A DNA stretch of 64,000 nt from Octopus bimaculoides (GCF_001194135.2 NC_068990.1:24742389-24806388), one strand, 5' to 3'. Positions 25,115 to 37,086 are shown, numbered from the stretch's first letter. Program-made: numbers and translations. Notes: generated by a model not told the origin, from the sequence alone.

Positions 25115-25281
25115 TAACCCTAACCCTAACCCTAAAGCTAACCCTAACCCTAACCCTAACCCTAAAGCTAACCCTAACCCTAACCCAAACCCTAACCCTA
25201 ACCCTAACCCTAGCACTAACCCTAACCCAAACCCTAACCCTAACACTAACCCTAACCCAAACCCTAACCCTAACCCTAACC
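25115..25281 (-). repeat. Interstitial telomeric repeat (TTAGGG)n, ~28 units with variant hexamers
   Basis: (TAACCC)n on the plus strand with TAAAGC, AAACCC, TAGCAC and TAACAC variants. TTAGGG is the established molluscan telomere repeat. Confidence 0.95.
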
Positions 25282-26050
25282 AGATAATCAGCATCGTTTT
25301 TAAACCAATTTATCTGAAATATAGAAAGACCTGTATTCATTTTAAGAATTAACAAGCATGACAAGGTCAGACACAGTTACTTGTGGTGCTATATTTTTAA
25401 AATATAAAGAAGAAATGGATTTTTTTTTTATTTCATAATTGGATGTGGAGAAACAGCGACTGTAACCTTTGAAAGGTTTTCCAGATTGAAATGTCAAGAT
25501 GATTAAATTAAATTTGGACAGCTTGTACTTAACTTTAATTTTTACAGCAGGTTTAGAGAATTGTGCACGCTTTCGAATTTTGCTACCAGCGCTGCATTCA
25601 GACACCAGTCGTACAGCCTTCGACAACCTAGCTGTGAATCTCTGCATTGAGATTTACAGCTGGGTTGTTTTGATATTCCAATTTCGTTGTTTTCCAATCC
25701 AGATACTTTTGCTGATAAAAATTAGGCAACGTCGACATTGGTAGACTCATATGAGTAAGTCGCCTTCGCATTATTGTGATTCCAGGTTACGAGTGCGTGG
25801 CAGTTTTTGCGAGAGTTTTCTGCCGTAACCCTGAATCAGGCAAATTGTTTTCATGTATATGCATACAAATATATATGTGCGTGCGTGTGTGAGTGTCTAT
25901 ATATACACATATACATACAAACATATACATATATACATACAAACATATAATATATATATGTGTGTGTGTATGTATCTATATATATATGTGTGTGTATATA
26001 TATATATGTATATATAAACATTTATATAACATATATATATGTATGTAAGC

Positions 26051-26084
<34 letters not shown>

Positions 26085-26212
26085 ATATATATGTGTGCGT
26101 GTGTGTGTGTACACATATGTATGTGTGTGTTTTTATAGATACAAGCATGTATATGTATACATATAGAGAGAGAGAGAGAGTGAGAGAGAGAGAGAAAGAG
26201 AGAGAGAGAGAA

Positions 26213-26285
<73 letters not shown>

Positions 26286-26389
26286 GACAAGCACATGCAT
26301 AAATGCGGTGTACACTAATGAGGTACTATCAAACTGAAAAAGCCATTTATGTATTATACTTAATGTATACACACCGTAGATAAAAGTGA

Positions 26390-28860
26390 AAGATAGAGGG
26401 GTTGAACCGGAGTCGACGGAAGGCCTGGAGAATGGTACTTTGGAGGAGTGGTAGATGAGGGGAAAATGGAGGCGGGTAAGAGTGGGTCGGAGTGGAGAGC
26501 GAGTGCAGAGGCACGGTCAACGGATCGTGCCCGGGCAAGGGCAGTTTGGATAATAGTGAGGGGATACCATGTAAGGTGAAGTGGTGAGCCATGAGTTGAG
26601 ACTCGGTCTCAAAGTCATGGTCATCACTGCAGAGCCAGCGTAGACAGAAGGACTAGGAATAGGGGATGGGGAGGTTGGTGTGGATAGGGTGGGAAGAAGA
26701 GAAGTTGAGATAGGAGTGTGAATCTGTGTGTTTGTAGTGGATGGAGGTGGTAAGAGCGAAGTAGTCTATGCTACCAGAAATATCAAGAATTCAACGGGGG
26801 AGTTGGAGACAGTGCAAGAGAATTCGAGGGCAGGATGGAAGAACTGAACAAAGGAAAGGAAGGAATCGTGATGCCTGCGGGAGAGTGAGGTTGCCTCGAT
26901 ACAATTGACGATATAACGACCGTATAGTTAGGGATAGGACCAGTGAGTTGTAAGAATAATTGGGCCTCAATATAGCCGATGAACAGGTTTGCATAGCTGG
27001 GACCCATTCTCGTTCTCATAGTCATTCCCGAGAACTGTTGGTAAAACTCACCCACGAACGAGAAGCAGTTGAGGGAGAGGACAAGTTCAGCCATACGAAG
27101 AAGTGTGGAGGTGTCGGGCTGAGGTGTCGAGTTTGGACGAAAGTCTAGAAAGTGTCTTAGAGCAAGAGCTTCGTTATGCGGGATCACCATGCATAAAGAT
27201 TTGATATCGAGAGTTAACAGGAGTCGAGAGGGACCAGGAGGGAACGACAAACAGTTAAATAAACGGAAAGCATGGTTGATGTCGTGAATGTGTGAGAGGA
27301 TGGAAGCCACTAGGTGGGCAAGAACACGGTCAAGGTACTTAGAGATAAGTTCGGTGGGGTAGTTGCTGGCGGAAAAGATGGGGCGACAGACAGGGTTGTA
27401 GGGTTTGGGGATTTGGGGAAGGAAGTAAATAGTGGGGTTGCGTGGGGTACGGACAATAGGGTTGGAGGCAGTGCGAAAGTTAAACCGGTCCATAACACAT
27501 TGACAGACGTTTGCAAATTGATGAGCTGCTTGAAACTGGCCGGGAGCTGTTGTCCAGTGGGATGGCCGGCGGCCCAGCTCGGTGAAGCAGTCTTCTTCAT
27601 CAGATGCAGGTGAAGTGTTGTGGATTAGTGCATGTACTCCGACACGGCGCACCAAGTGTTGAATATCAAAGCGGGTCTGAAACTCGTCAGTGGATGGAGT
27701 GAGAGGGATGAAATGGAGACCCCTACTAAGGAGAGAATGTTCCCCTTCAGAGAGGGGGAAATCGGGAGGAATGGAAACAACAGAGTGAAGTGGGATTGTG
27801 GAGGAGGGGTGGTGGAGGCGGTGGAAGACTGGGGAAAAGAGAGAGGAGGGAGTGGTATGGGTGAGGGGAGAAGTAATGGAGGATTGTGATGAGGATGAGG
27901 TGGTGCTGATCGGGGAGGGAGAGTCAGGGTGGGTGTAGTAGTGTTGGGTGGGACAGGATGAAGGAGTGAGGATGTGGGGGAGTAGGTCAGGAAGAACGGG
28001 ACGAGGGGTGAGGGTAATGACGTCCGGTGGTTGAAGTTTGTATTGTTTAGTGCGAGCAAGAAAGTCATGGAGAAGGTGCCTTAGATGGAAAATAAAACGT
28101 AGGATGGAGTGAGCGACGGAGGGGGTGCAGCAGGAGAGGAAAATGGAGTAAGCAAGAGGCAGAAAGCGGTCAAGGGTGTGTATTTTGGAGAGATTCGAAC
28201 GGATGTTGACACGCATGAGGCGGCAGGAAGTGGAACGGAGGATGGTTAAGATGGTAGAAGCAGAATGGGAGGTGGGGTGGAAATGGAGGCGGAAACCATT
28301 GGGAATGATGTTGTGATGAAGGCAGCGACTGAGAAAGGAAATGTGACTGGAGAAATGTGTCTTTTAGAAAACGAGGAGGAGAAGATTGAAAGAAGATTGA
28401 AGGCAGCGGAAGGGAAGTGAGACAGTGGTGTAGGTGGAGGAAGAAGGATTTGTTATTAGGCATATTGGAATGAGGAATAGGAGAGAAAAAAAGATGAAAA
28501 AGAAAGAGAACAAATGGCAAAGTTATTAACGCACGAAGTTCAAAAAGTTCAAGTTTCAGAAAGTTTAAAAGTCATGATAGATTAGTGCGATATACATCAA
28601 CGAAAGTAGCCAATAAGAAAACAGGAAAGATGAGCGTCCAAGAAAAGAGGAAGTTTAGTCAGGCAGGATCGAACTGGGGTAACCGCGCGAGTATATGTAA
28701 TATATAGTTCAGATTTGCCGAAATCAAAAGACGAAGACAGGTGAACGAAAACAGCAAGCATGTGTATCAGTTTGACGCTCGGGAAGAATGAAAAAGTCTT
28801 TTGACATTTCGAGCCTACGCTCTTCGACAGAAAGAAGTGAGAGGGGAAAAATGGAGAGAG
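26390..28860 (-). mobile_element. Penelope-like retroelement, decayed, with an internal deletion and 3' truncation (no GIY-YIG domain seen)
   Basis: ORF 26783-28216 carries PLE RT motifs LSRGLHFIP, PTIYFLPQIPK..NP.CRPIFSA, TLDIKSL, FYQQFSG..M.TRMGPSYANLF. After a frameshift YIDD reads YIVN, followed by LDISGS, YKHTDSHSYLNFSSSHP and LCSDD. The upstream frame has HISFLSRCLHHNIIPNGFRL. A pLTR-like region lies at about 28590-28860. Confidence 0.9.
28795..28835 (-). ncRNA. Degenerate minimal hammerhead-like motif in the Penelope pLTR
   Basis: Minus strand TCTTT-CTGTCGA-A-GAGC(GTAG)GCTC-GAAA-T-GTC-AAAAGA. The core deviates from CTGANGA and GAAAC. Confidence 0.45.
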
Positions 28861-29187
28861 AACATGTGTAGGAGTTAACGGTTTAACATGATGAAATGAC
28901 CGGAAGAAAGAGGCTGAGTGAAAGGGAGATAATAATGATGACCCTGCTGAAATAGGGTGCGGAAGCGCATGTGTGTATGTGAGGATGATGTGCGTGAGTG
29001 TGTATGTGTGAATGGGACGAACGCGTCTGAGTATATGTGTGGACGAGCTTAAAATCATGTGGCCGCTTTTTGTGCGTATGGAAGCGTGTGTGTATGTATA
29101 TAAGCAACCTAGACCGCCCCAACTGTCATCATTCTACTCGTACCGACATACGTTCGTTTAGTCACCTATCAATATCAACACAGTAAT

Positions 29188-29325
29188 TCCACCGAGTTCG
29201 ACTTTGCTTTTCATCCTTTCGGGGTCGATAAATTAAGTACCGGTTGCGTAGTGGGGTCGATTTAATCGACTAGCCACTCCCTCCCCCCAAAATGTTGGGC
29301 CTTGTACCTATCGTTGAAAAGAATA
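29188..29325 (+). mobile_element. SINE family B 3' part
   Basis: GACTTTGCTTTTCATCCTTTCGGGGTCGATAAATTAAGTACC..GGGGTCGATTTAATCGAC..GGGCCTTGTACC..GAAAAGAAT. Confidence 0.85.
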
Positions 29326-29841
29326 TCAATACAGATAGTAATTGATATACGAAACAGCCAAGAATCGTCGGGAGTCAGAAATGTAGACTTCACCGTAATT
29401 GTTTTCTCCAAAGTACATACACCAATATTTCTTCAGTTTTCAAGTATTAATACCTACACCATATTGCCTCTTTTTCTTTCTTTTTCCAATCAATACGATA
29501 CCAAATAAGAGATTTTTCTTTCATTTTCCCTGCTCTTTGTATTTCTTCCCTCTTTTTTCCTTTATGGTTTTGTCGAGCAGACGACACAAGTATATTCAAA
29601 TGTGTGTTCTCCAAGATGTATTATACGAATGCAACAAATTGTACTGGAGCTTTGATGTTCCTAATCAATAGATTCTTTAAAAAGTCAATAGTATTTTTGG
29701 CTGTACTCTATCACTACCATTTCCAACGTTTCTCAATTAGCTAATAGAAAAAAAAGACGTAAAGAAAACCTAATAAACAGAAGATCCTTTATATGATTAC
29801 TTTTGGGTGTCATTTCTTATATTGTAGATAATTAGCATTAT

Positions 29842-29849
<8 letters not shown>

Positions 29850-29919
<70 letters not shown>

Positions 29920-29932
29920 GATAGACATAGAC

Positions 29933-29983
<51 letters not shown>

Positions 29984-29990
29984 CAGACAA

Positions 29991-30041
<51 letters not shown>

Positions 30042-30160
30042 CAAACATACATACATACATACATAGATAAACATTGATATATAGATATATATAATGTATG
30101 TTTGTATATATGTATGTGTGCTATGTATGTATGTATGTATGTATGTATGTATGTATGTAT
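29850..30160. repeat. Compound (TA)(GA)(GATA)(TATG) microsatellite
   Basis: Read directly. Confidence 0.95.
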
Positions 30161-30532
30161 CAATGTGTGCATGTACATATATGTAGATATATTGCCCAGC
30201 GATAGTTTTTCTGTTATATCTGAAGCCGACAGAGACCAATAAAATAACGAATTGTAACCCACACTTAACACTGTCGAAGAGATATCAATAGGTCCAATAT
30301 CTTTTGCTGGGAAGAATCATTTCCTAAATTATCGACAAAAGTTTCAATGCTGCATGCATTTTGCCCAGGGAGCTACTTAAATATTTTTTTACTTTGCTGT
30401 TTATTGTTTCGCAATCATTTTTTTGTTTTTTCCATTCTTAAAATTGTTCCGGACGATCAGGAAGTTATGTCTATAACTGGAGGCTTTATTTTCCATAAGC
30501 GTGTACATACACAGTTGCTTTTGTGTATATGC

Positions 30533-30572
<40 letters not shown>

Positions 30573-30989
30573 GCATATAAACACACACACATTCATACAT
30601 ACACGCTCACGTATACTCATACACACATACACACACACACTCGGAGTAATACAAAAGGGAACAAGCAGATTACCTCTATATTAATCCAATTATTGATTAC
30701 TGTAATTATTTAGTACTGCAAATTAACTTAGAAGTATCTCTACGTCTGTTTGACTAAGCCGATCACTCAGAAAAATTCTAGGTAATTCAACAGTCTATGC
30801 AGTTGAATAGCTGTTCGTCAGTCCTGAGTATCCTACACATCCGTGTATGTATCAAATACGTTATCGGTAAGCAAAACCGAGTACATCGTTTGAAACATCA
30901 CTACACGCGTTTCAATGGCTTAGATTAGTTGAAATACGAGTCCATTATATAATTTATTAGATAGCATTACATAAATTTATCTTGTTATA

Positions 30990-31377
30990 TACTCTTTTAC
31001 TCGTTTCAGTCATTTGACTGTGGCCATGCTGGAGCACCGCCTTTAGTCAGGCAAATCGACCCCACGACTTATTCTTTGTAAGCCTAGTACTTATTCTATC
31101 GTTCTCTTTTGCCGAACCGCTAAGCTAAGGGGACGTAAACACACTAGCATCGGTTGTCAAGCGAATTTTTTTTGTTTGGGGGGGGGGGGCAAACACAGAC
31201 CCACAAACATATACACACACACGTACATATATATATACATATATACGACGGGCTTCTTTCAGTTTCCGTTTACCAAATCCACTCACAAGGCTTTGTTCGG
31301 CCCAAGGTGCCACGCAGTGGGACTGAACCCGGAACCATGTGGATCGTAAGCAAGCTACTTACTACACAGCCACTCCT
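30990..31377 (-). mobile_element. SINE family A, near full length, small internal deletion
   Basis: Colinear with 4744-5130. The AGTAGAAGACACTTG segment is missing near 31300. Confidence 0.9.
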
Positions 31378-31665
31378 ACGACTATATATTAACCATTTCA
31401 TCAATAATTCAATGCTGACGAATATTTTGGTGAAAATACCATGAATTTAGTGGGGGAAGAGAATAGTTATCACAAACCGAATGCAGCAAGGAAAAAAATC
31501 GACATAGGTGGGAGATATTATATTTGTTGACCAGTTAGACTGTTCGATTCTGAAGGCAACTAGAGTAAAATACGCTAGTTAGGGTGGCGTGGTAAAATGG
31601 TCAGCTAAAATTCAAATGTTGAAATGTATAAGCGCGCGCATACATATACGGTTACTTATGTGTAC

Positions 31666-31728
<63 letters not shown>

Positions 31729-31736
31729 CATAGACA

Positions 31737-31773
<37 letters not shown>

Positions 31774-32182
31774 TTACCCAACCCCAACCTACACACACAC
31801 GGAGTAATACAAAGGGGATCAAACGGATTAACTCTGTATTAATCCACTTATTTATTAGTGCAATTATTTCCTACTGCAAATCAACTTAGAAACAACTCTA
31901 CGTCTGTTTGACTTAAAAGATCACCCCACGAAAAATTCTAGGTAATGCAACTGGTCAGTTACCCAGTCCATGGGAAATTGCTGGCATTGTGCCAAAATTT
32001 GAAACCAATATTTCAGGGAACAAGGAGACTCATTTCTTATTCAATTAACGATTCTGATAGAATCCAATATTTCACGTACGATCTCTTTTGCGTGACCGCT
32101 ACATCATGGAGACATTAATAACACTGATTGTCAAGTAGTTGGGGACAAATACACACACACATACATGCACTAACATGTAATA

Positions 32183-32231
<49 letters not shown>

Positions 32232-33224
32232 TGCATATATATGTACAGAGAGAGGGAGAGATTCGACGGCTTCCACACAGTTTCCAGCAACCAACTTCAC
32301 TCAGAAGATATTACTTGGTCCGGAGCTAGAATAGAAGATATTTGCCCAAGGTACTGTGCAGTGAGATTGAACCTAAAACTAAGTCGTTGCGAACCGAGCC
32401 CCTTAACTACACAGCCTATACATGAAAGCCCATTTTTATATCTTCTCTCTCTTCCAGCAAGAACACCCTACAGGTATAAAGAGAACAAATTGAATGTCGG
32501 CAATTTCACGCCTTTCACGTTACGAAAATCATATGATTTCTACAGTTTAATTCAAATGAAAAGGCTGTGTCAATTCGCTATACGACATCCTTCATTTTGT
32601 CTTAATTATTAACCTCAATTATTTGACATTTGTCATTATTAAACTAAAGAATTCATATTTGTTGTGATATTTTTATTAGTTCTTTCTTTTCCCTATTTAA
32701 TAACAATAAGAAAATCATGGCAAGGAATTTAAATTTTTAAAATAAACACATACGTAATTCGCTTGAAATTGTATTATGTATGTACATATGCCAGCTAAGG
32801 CATAACCCTTCTCTTAAATAATACTTTAAATAGCGTGGTCGGTTGATGTAACATATATTTTGAATGTCATCTCTATAGAAAACGATTACTAACAGCGTAT
32901 ATAATAATCTCCTTTCTGTCTATATTCTGATAACAACTCGGTTGTATGTCTATTGTATATTAAAAAAACAGCAGTGGGTTATGTAGCTTGCATTTACAGT
33001 GTAGATGTGGGCTGCAAATGATAATTGATTAATCCAGGTTGCCATATATTCATTACTATGAAGGGCAGAATTTATAATTGTTGCCATGTGCCGTCTGTTG
33101 TTTTTTGTTTTTTTTTTGTTAACAATGGAATAGAATTACTACTTAGCTCTTTCAGTGACGAACTAATGCGAGACTCTCTACACAGTCGATCGTTCTCCTA
33201 GAAATAGCAGCTAACGCAATCAAG

Positions 33225-33520
33225 ACGCTTGATTCTTAATCGTGTGATCTCTAGTTCAATCCCACAGCGTGATATTTTGGCTACGTCTCTTCAAATATAT
33301 CCCCGGGCAGGTTAAAGCGTGCACGCGTGTGTGTTTGTGTTTGCTCCTGCTCAACAACTGGTGCTGGTTTGTTTACGTCATCGTAACTAATGGTTCAGGG
33401 AAAAAAGAGAGCGATAGAAAAGTACCATGCTTTAAAAATAAGTAGTGTTCAATTCGTTCGACAAAATCTATTCAAGGCGGTGCTCCTACATGGCCACTGT
33501 TCATTAACCGGGACAAGTAA
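33225..33520 (+). mobile_element. Degenerate SINE family A copy
   Basis: Head remnant AGTTCAATCCCACAGCG and tail CAACTGGTGCTGG...GGCGGTGCTCCTACATGGCC. Confidence 0.6.
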
Positions 33521-33779
33521 TATATATATATATATTATATATANNNNNNNNNNNNNNNNNNNNNNNNNNNNNNNNNNNNNNNNNNNNNNNNNNNNNNNNN
33601 NNNNNNNNNNNNNNNNNNNNNNNNNNNNNNNNNNNNNNNNNNNNNNNNNNNNNNNNNNNNNNNNNNNNNNNNNNNNNNNNNNNNNNNNNNNNNNNNNNNN
33701 NNNNNNNNNNNNNNNNNNNNNNNNNNNNNNNNNNNNNNATTATTATCATTATTATTATTATTTATATATACATCTAAAC

Positions 33780-34193
33780 TTACGAACTTAGATAAACTTA
33801 GAAGTTTCGACCAAAGATTGGTCTAGGCCATGTCTAACTTAATAGCACCACCTGATAGGATTATCTAAATCCTTTTAAAGTCAAGTTTTGTGGCATCATG
33901 GTCCATTCTAGTAGGAAGTTCTTGTTGAATGAGTTGTATCCAGGTAGAGGTGGCTTATCTGGTATTCCTTGAAAAAAAATTGGCCAGATTGCGTTTAAAG
34001 GCAATGGGATCCTTTTCCTTTTTGAACTGTTTCGAGACAATGTTAAATAGGACAGTGCCTGTTGAGGAAAAGAAATTGTGTTGCAGTGTATTTATGCGTT
34101 GTGGTCCTGATTTGGGTAGGGGGCCTATGGCCCGTGGTCCTAGCCTTGGATGAATTTTGAAGCTAATGTTGAGGTCGTTTGGGCAATACTGGT

Positions 34194-34200
<7 letters not shown>
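33780..34200 (-). mobile_element. CR1-type LINE 3' end, 5' truncated
   Basis: The open minus frame reads IYHQYCPNDLNISFKIHPRLGPRA...NFFSSTGTVLFNIV...FKRNLANFFQGIPDKPPLPGY...NFLLEW, a CR1 C-terminal pattern. The 3' UTR has the hairpin GACCAA-TCT-TTGGTC and a CTAAGTT-like tail. Confidence 0.8.
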
Positions 34201-34234
<34 letters not shown>

Positions 34235-34499
34235 AATAACTCCTTATTCAGTGAGATAAGCGGAATATAGTTATAATCCTCTGTGTGCTCTTATCGTAGA
34301 CGTGTGTGACATATAAAGAAGCCTACGTTGAATTGTTTATATATCACAAATATTATTACACTTACTCATTTATCAAATATGAGTGTGTGATAGGGTTTGT
34401 GTGTGCGTCAGGGCGCTTGGGTGCGCTGCTGATAACATGTAAGCCAATACCACTTATTGCGCTGGCGGGTATCGGTGATTGAAGTAGCTACCCCACTAG

Positions 34500-34580
34500 G
34501 TTTACCAGGTGATGCTATTAAGCTAGACATGGCCTGAACCTATACTGGCCGAAACCTATCTAAGTTATTATTATCTAAGA
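34500..34580 (+). mobile_element. 3' tip of a related CR1 element in the opposite orientation
   Basis: CCAGGTGATGCTATTAAGCTAGACATGGCC...CGAAACCTATCTAAG matches the 3' UTR of the 33780 copy. Confidence 0.7.
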
Positions 34581-34623
34581 ATCAATTGTCTTGTTGTGGT
34601 AGTTTGGGTGGTGCGTACATGTG

Positions 34624-34982
34624 TTGGCACTCCGTCGCTTACGACGTCGAGAGTTCCAGTTGATCCAATCAACGTAACAGCCTGCTCGTGAAATTAACGT
34701 GCAAGTGGCTGAGCACTCCACAGACACGTGTACCCTTAACGTAGTTCTCAGAGATATTCAGCGTGACACAGTGTGACAAGGCTGACCCTTTGAATTACAG
34801 GCACAACAGAAACAGGAGGTAAGAGTGAGAGAAAGTTGTGGTGAAAGAGTACAGCAGGATTCGCCGCCCNNNNNNNNNNNNNNNNNNNNNNNNNNNNNNN
34901 NNAACGCCCGGTCTGAGAATCGAAACCGCGATCCTATGATCACGAGTCCGCTGCCCTAACCAGTGGGCCATTGCGCCTCCAC
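34624..34982 (-). mobile_element. SINE family C (tRNA head, LINE-like 3' tail), contains a short gap
   Basis: Head GGCGCAATGGCCCACTGGTTAGGGCAGCGGACTC..GGTTTCGATTCTC. Tail GTGTCTGTGGAGTGCTCAGCCACTTGCACGTTAATTTCACGAGCAGG..CGACGGAGTGCCA is shared with 63520-63840. Confidence 0.8.
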
Positions 34983-35329
34983 GAGTGCGTACATATATGG
35001 AAATGAAATACTAGTTTCAGACACGCGGAATGAGTTTATATGCGAAAACAATCACGGTTTTCTGGCTTCCACCAAGTGAGTGTGTTCGTTTTTGAAGTGT
35101 TGCGTAGTAAGTCAAGTTCTTCACAGATTACTAATGTCAGAAACTCCTTAGAACCCAAAACAACGGACCTCTCACTGAGTCATGAAGGGAGCGGGTATCA
35201 CGCATTTGCGACTAGAAAAACTGCCACTTGCGTGACCTCGGGCACACGGAAGGTGCAGTATATAGGCAGAAGCAGTCGTGATGTAAGCAATTGAATACCA
35301 GTAGCTTTTAAATATTGGTTGCAAACTTT

Positions 35330-36190
35330 TTGCACAAGGCCAGTAGTTTTGAGGGAGGAAGCCAAGTCGATTAAATCGACCCCAATGCTCAACTGGTACT
35401 TATTTTATCGACTCCGAAAGGATGAAAGGGTAAGTCGACCTCGGCAGAATTTGAACTCAGAATGTACAGACAGACGAAATGCTGCTAAGTATATAGCATG
35501 GCGTACAAAAGAATCTGCTAGTTCCCTGCCTTGCAGGTAATAAATATTCTTTTCTACTCTAGGCACAAGGCCCGAAATTTTGGAGGAGAGGGCCAGTCGA
35601 TTAGATCGACCTCAGTACGCAACTGGTAATTAATTTATCGACCCCCAAAAGGATGAAAGACAAAATCGACCTTGGGGGAATTTGAACTCAGAACGTTAAG
35701 ACAGACGAAATACCGCTGAGCATTTCGCCCGGCATGCTAACGTTTCTTATTTCTTTACTGACCACAAGGGGCTACACGTAGAGGGGACAAACAAGGACAG
35801 ACAAACGGATTAAGCCGATTATATAGACCCCAGTGCGTAACTGGTACTTATTTAATCGACCTCGAAAGGATGAAAGGCAAAATCGACCTTGGCGGAATTT
35901 GAACTCAGAACGTTAAGACAGACGAAATACTGCTAAGCATTTCGCCCGCATGCTAACGTTTCTGCCAGCTCGCCACCTTTTTAAAATATATTCTTTCTGC
36001 TCTAGGTACAAGGCTCGATATTTCTGTGGGAGGGGCCAGTCGATTGGATCGACTCCAGTCCGCAACTGGTACTTTATTTATCGACCCCGAAAGAATGAAA
36101 AGCAAAATCGACCTTGGCGGAATTTGAACTCAGAACGTTAAGACAGACGAAATACCGCTAAGCATTTTGCCCGGCGTGCTAACGTTTCTG
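35330..36190 (-). mobile_element. Head-to-tail array of four SINE family B copies
   Basis: Units start at about 35330, 35545, 35750 and 35990. The third has a different 3' end. Confidence 0.9.
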
Positions 36191-36610
36191 CAAATCTCTC
36201 AATATATTTTTGTATTCTATAAATGAAAGTAGACCATATTAGAAACAGTAAAATTCCAACCGTCTTGTGAATTCTTTTAGATCGAAATATTTCGTGGGAG
36301 TTTGTTTTCAGACCTTCAAGAACCATTTGTATCTATATAGAGATATATTGTTCTCGTTAACCTTCAAGACAGTAAGCGTTTAATGCCGAATGAGGTCTCA
36401 ATAAATCAGATCTATTATCTAAAAACGAATTTTAAAAAAATGACACTTTACAATCTCGAAATTGAATCACTAAACAGGAAACATATCTGTAGCATTGTCC
36501 AAATATTGTTCTTGAGAGACAATTTATGACTGACATAAAGATAAGCATATTTCTATTTATCTTATTCTGTTATCATTTTTATTATTATATTTTCTTTTAT
36601 TGTTTTATTT

Positions 36611-36661
36611 ATGGTGGTGGAGGTGGTGGTGGTGGTGGTGGCAGTGGCGGTGGTAGTGGTC

Positions 36662-36706
<45 letters not shown>

Positions 36707-36734
36707 ATGGTGGTGATGGTGGTGGTAGTAGTAT

Positions 36735-36766
<32 letters not shown>

Positions 36767-36797
36767 ATGGTGGTAGTAGTAGTAGTAGTAGTAGTAA

Positions 36798-36856
<59 letters not shown>

Positions 36857-36892
36857 ATGGTGGTGGTAGTAGTGGTAGTAGTAGTAGTAGTG

Positions 36893-36946
<54 letters not shown>

Positions 36947-37034
36947 ATGGTAGTAGTAGTAATAGTAGTAGTAGTAGTGGTAGTGGTGGTAGTAGTAGTG
37001 GTGGTAGTAGTAATGGTGGTAGTAGTAGTAGTAA

Positions 37035-37086
<52 letters not shown>

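Noticed and set aside
25073-25364. LG-repeat and RV-repeat ORFs
   Set aside because: They are translations of the telomeric hexamer tract.
21901-25754. Plus-strand exon-like pieces (21901-21931, ~24497-24562, ~25550-25754)
   Set aside because: They could not be joined into a consistent open frame, and no recognisable protein resulted.
35520-35541. AG|GT recursive-splice-like sites (ttccctgccttgcag|gtaata; also ttattttcag|gtacgt near 43470)
   Set aside because: No established plus-strand host intron, and such motifs are expected by chance in 64 kb. The first one overlaps a SINE end.
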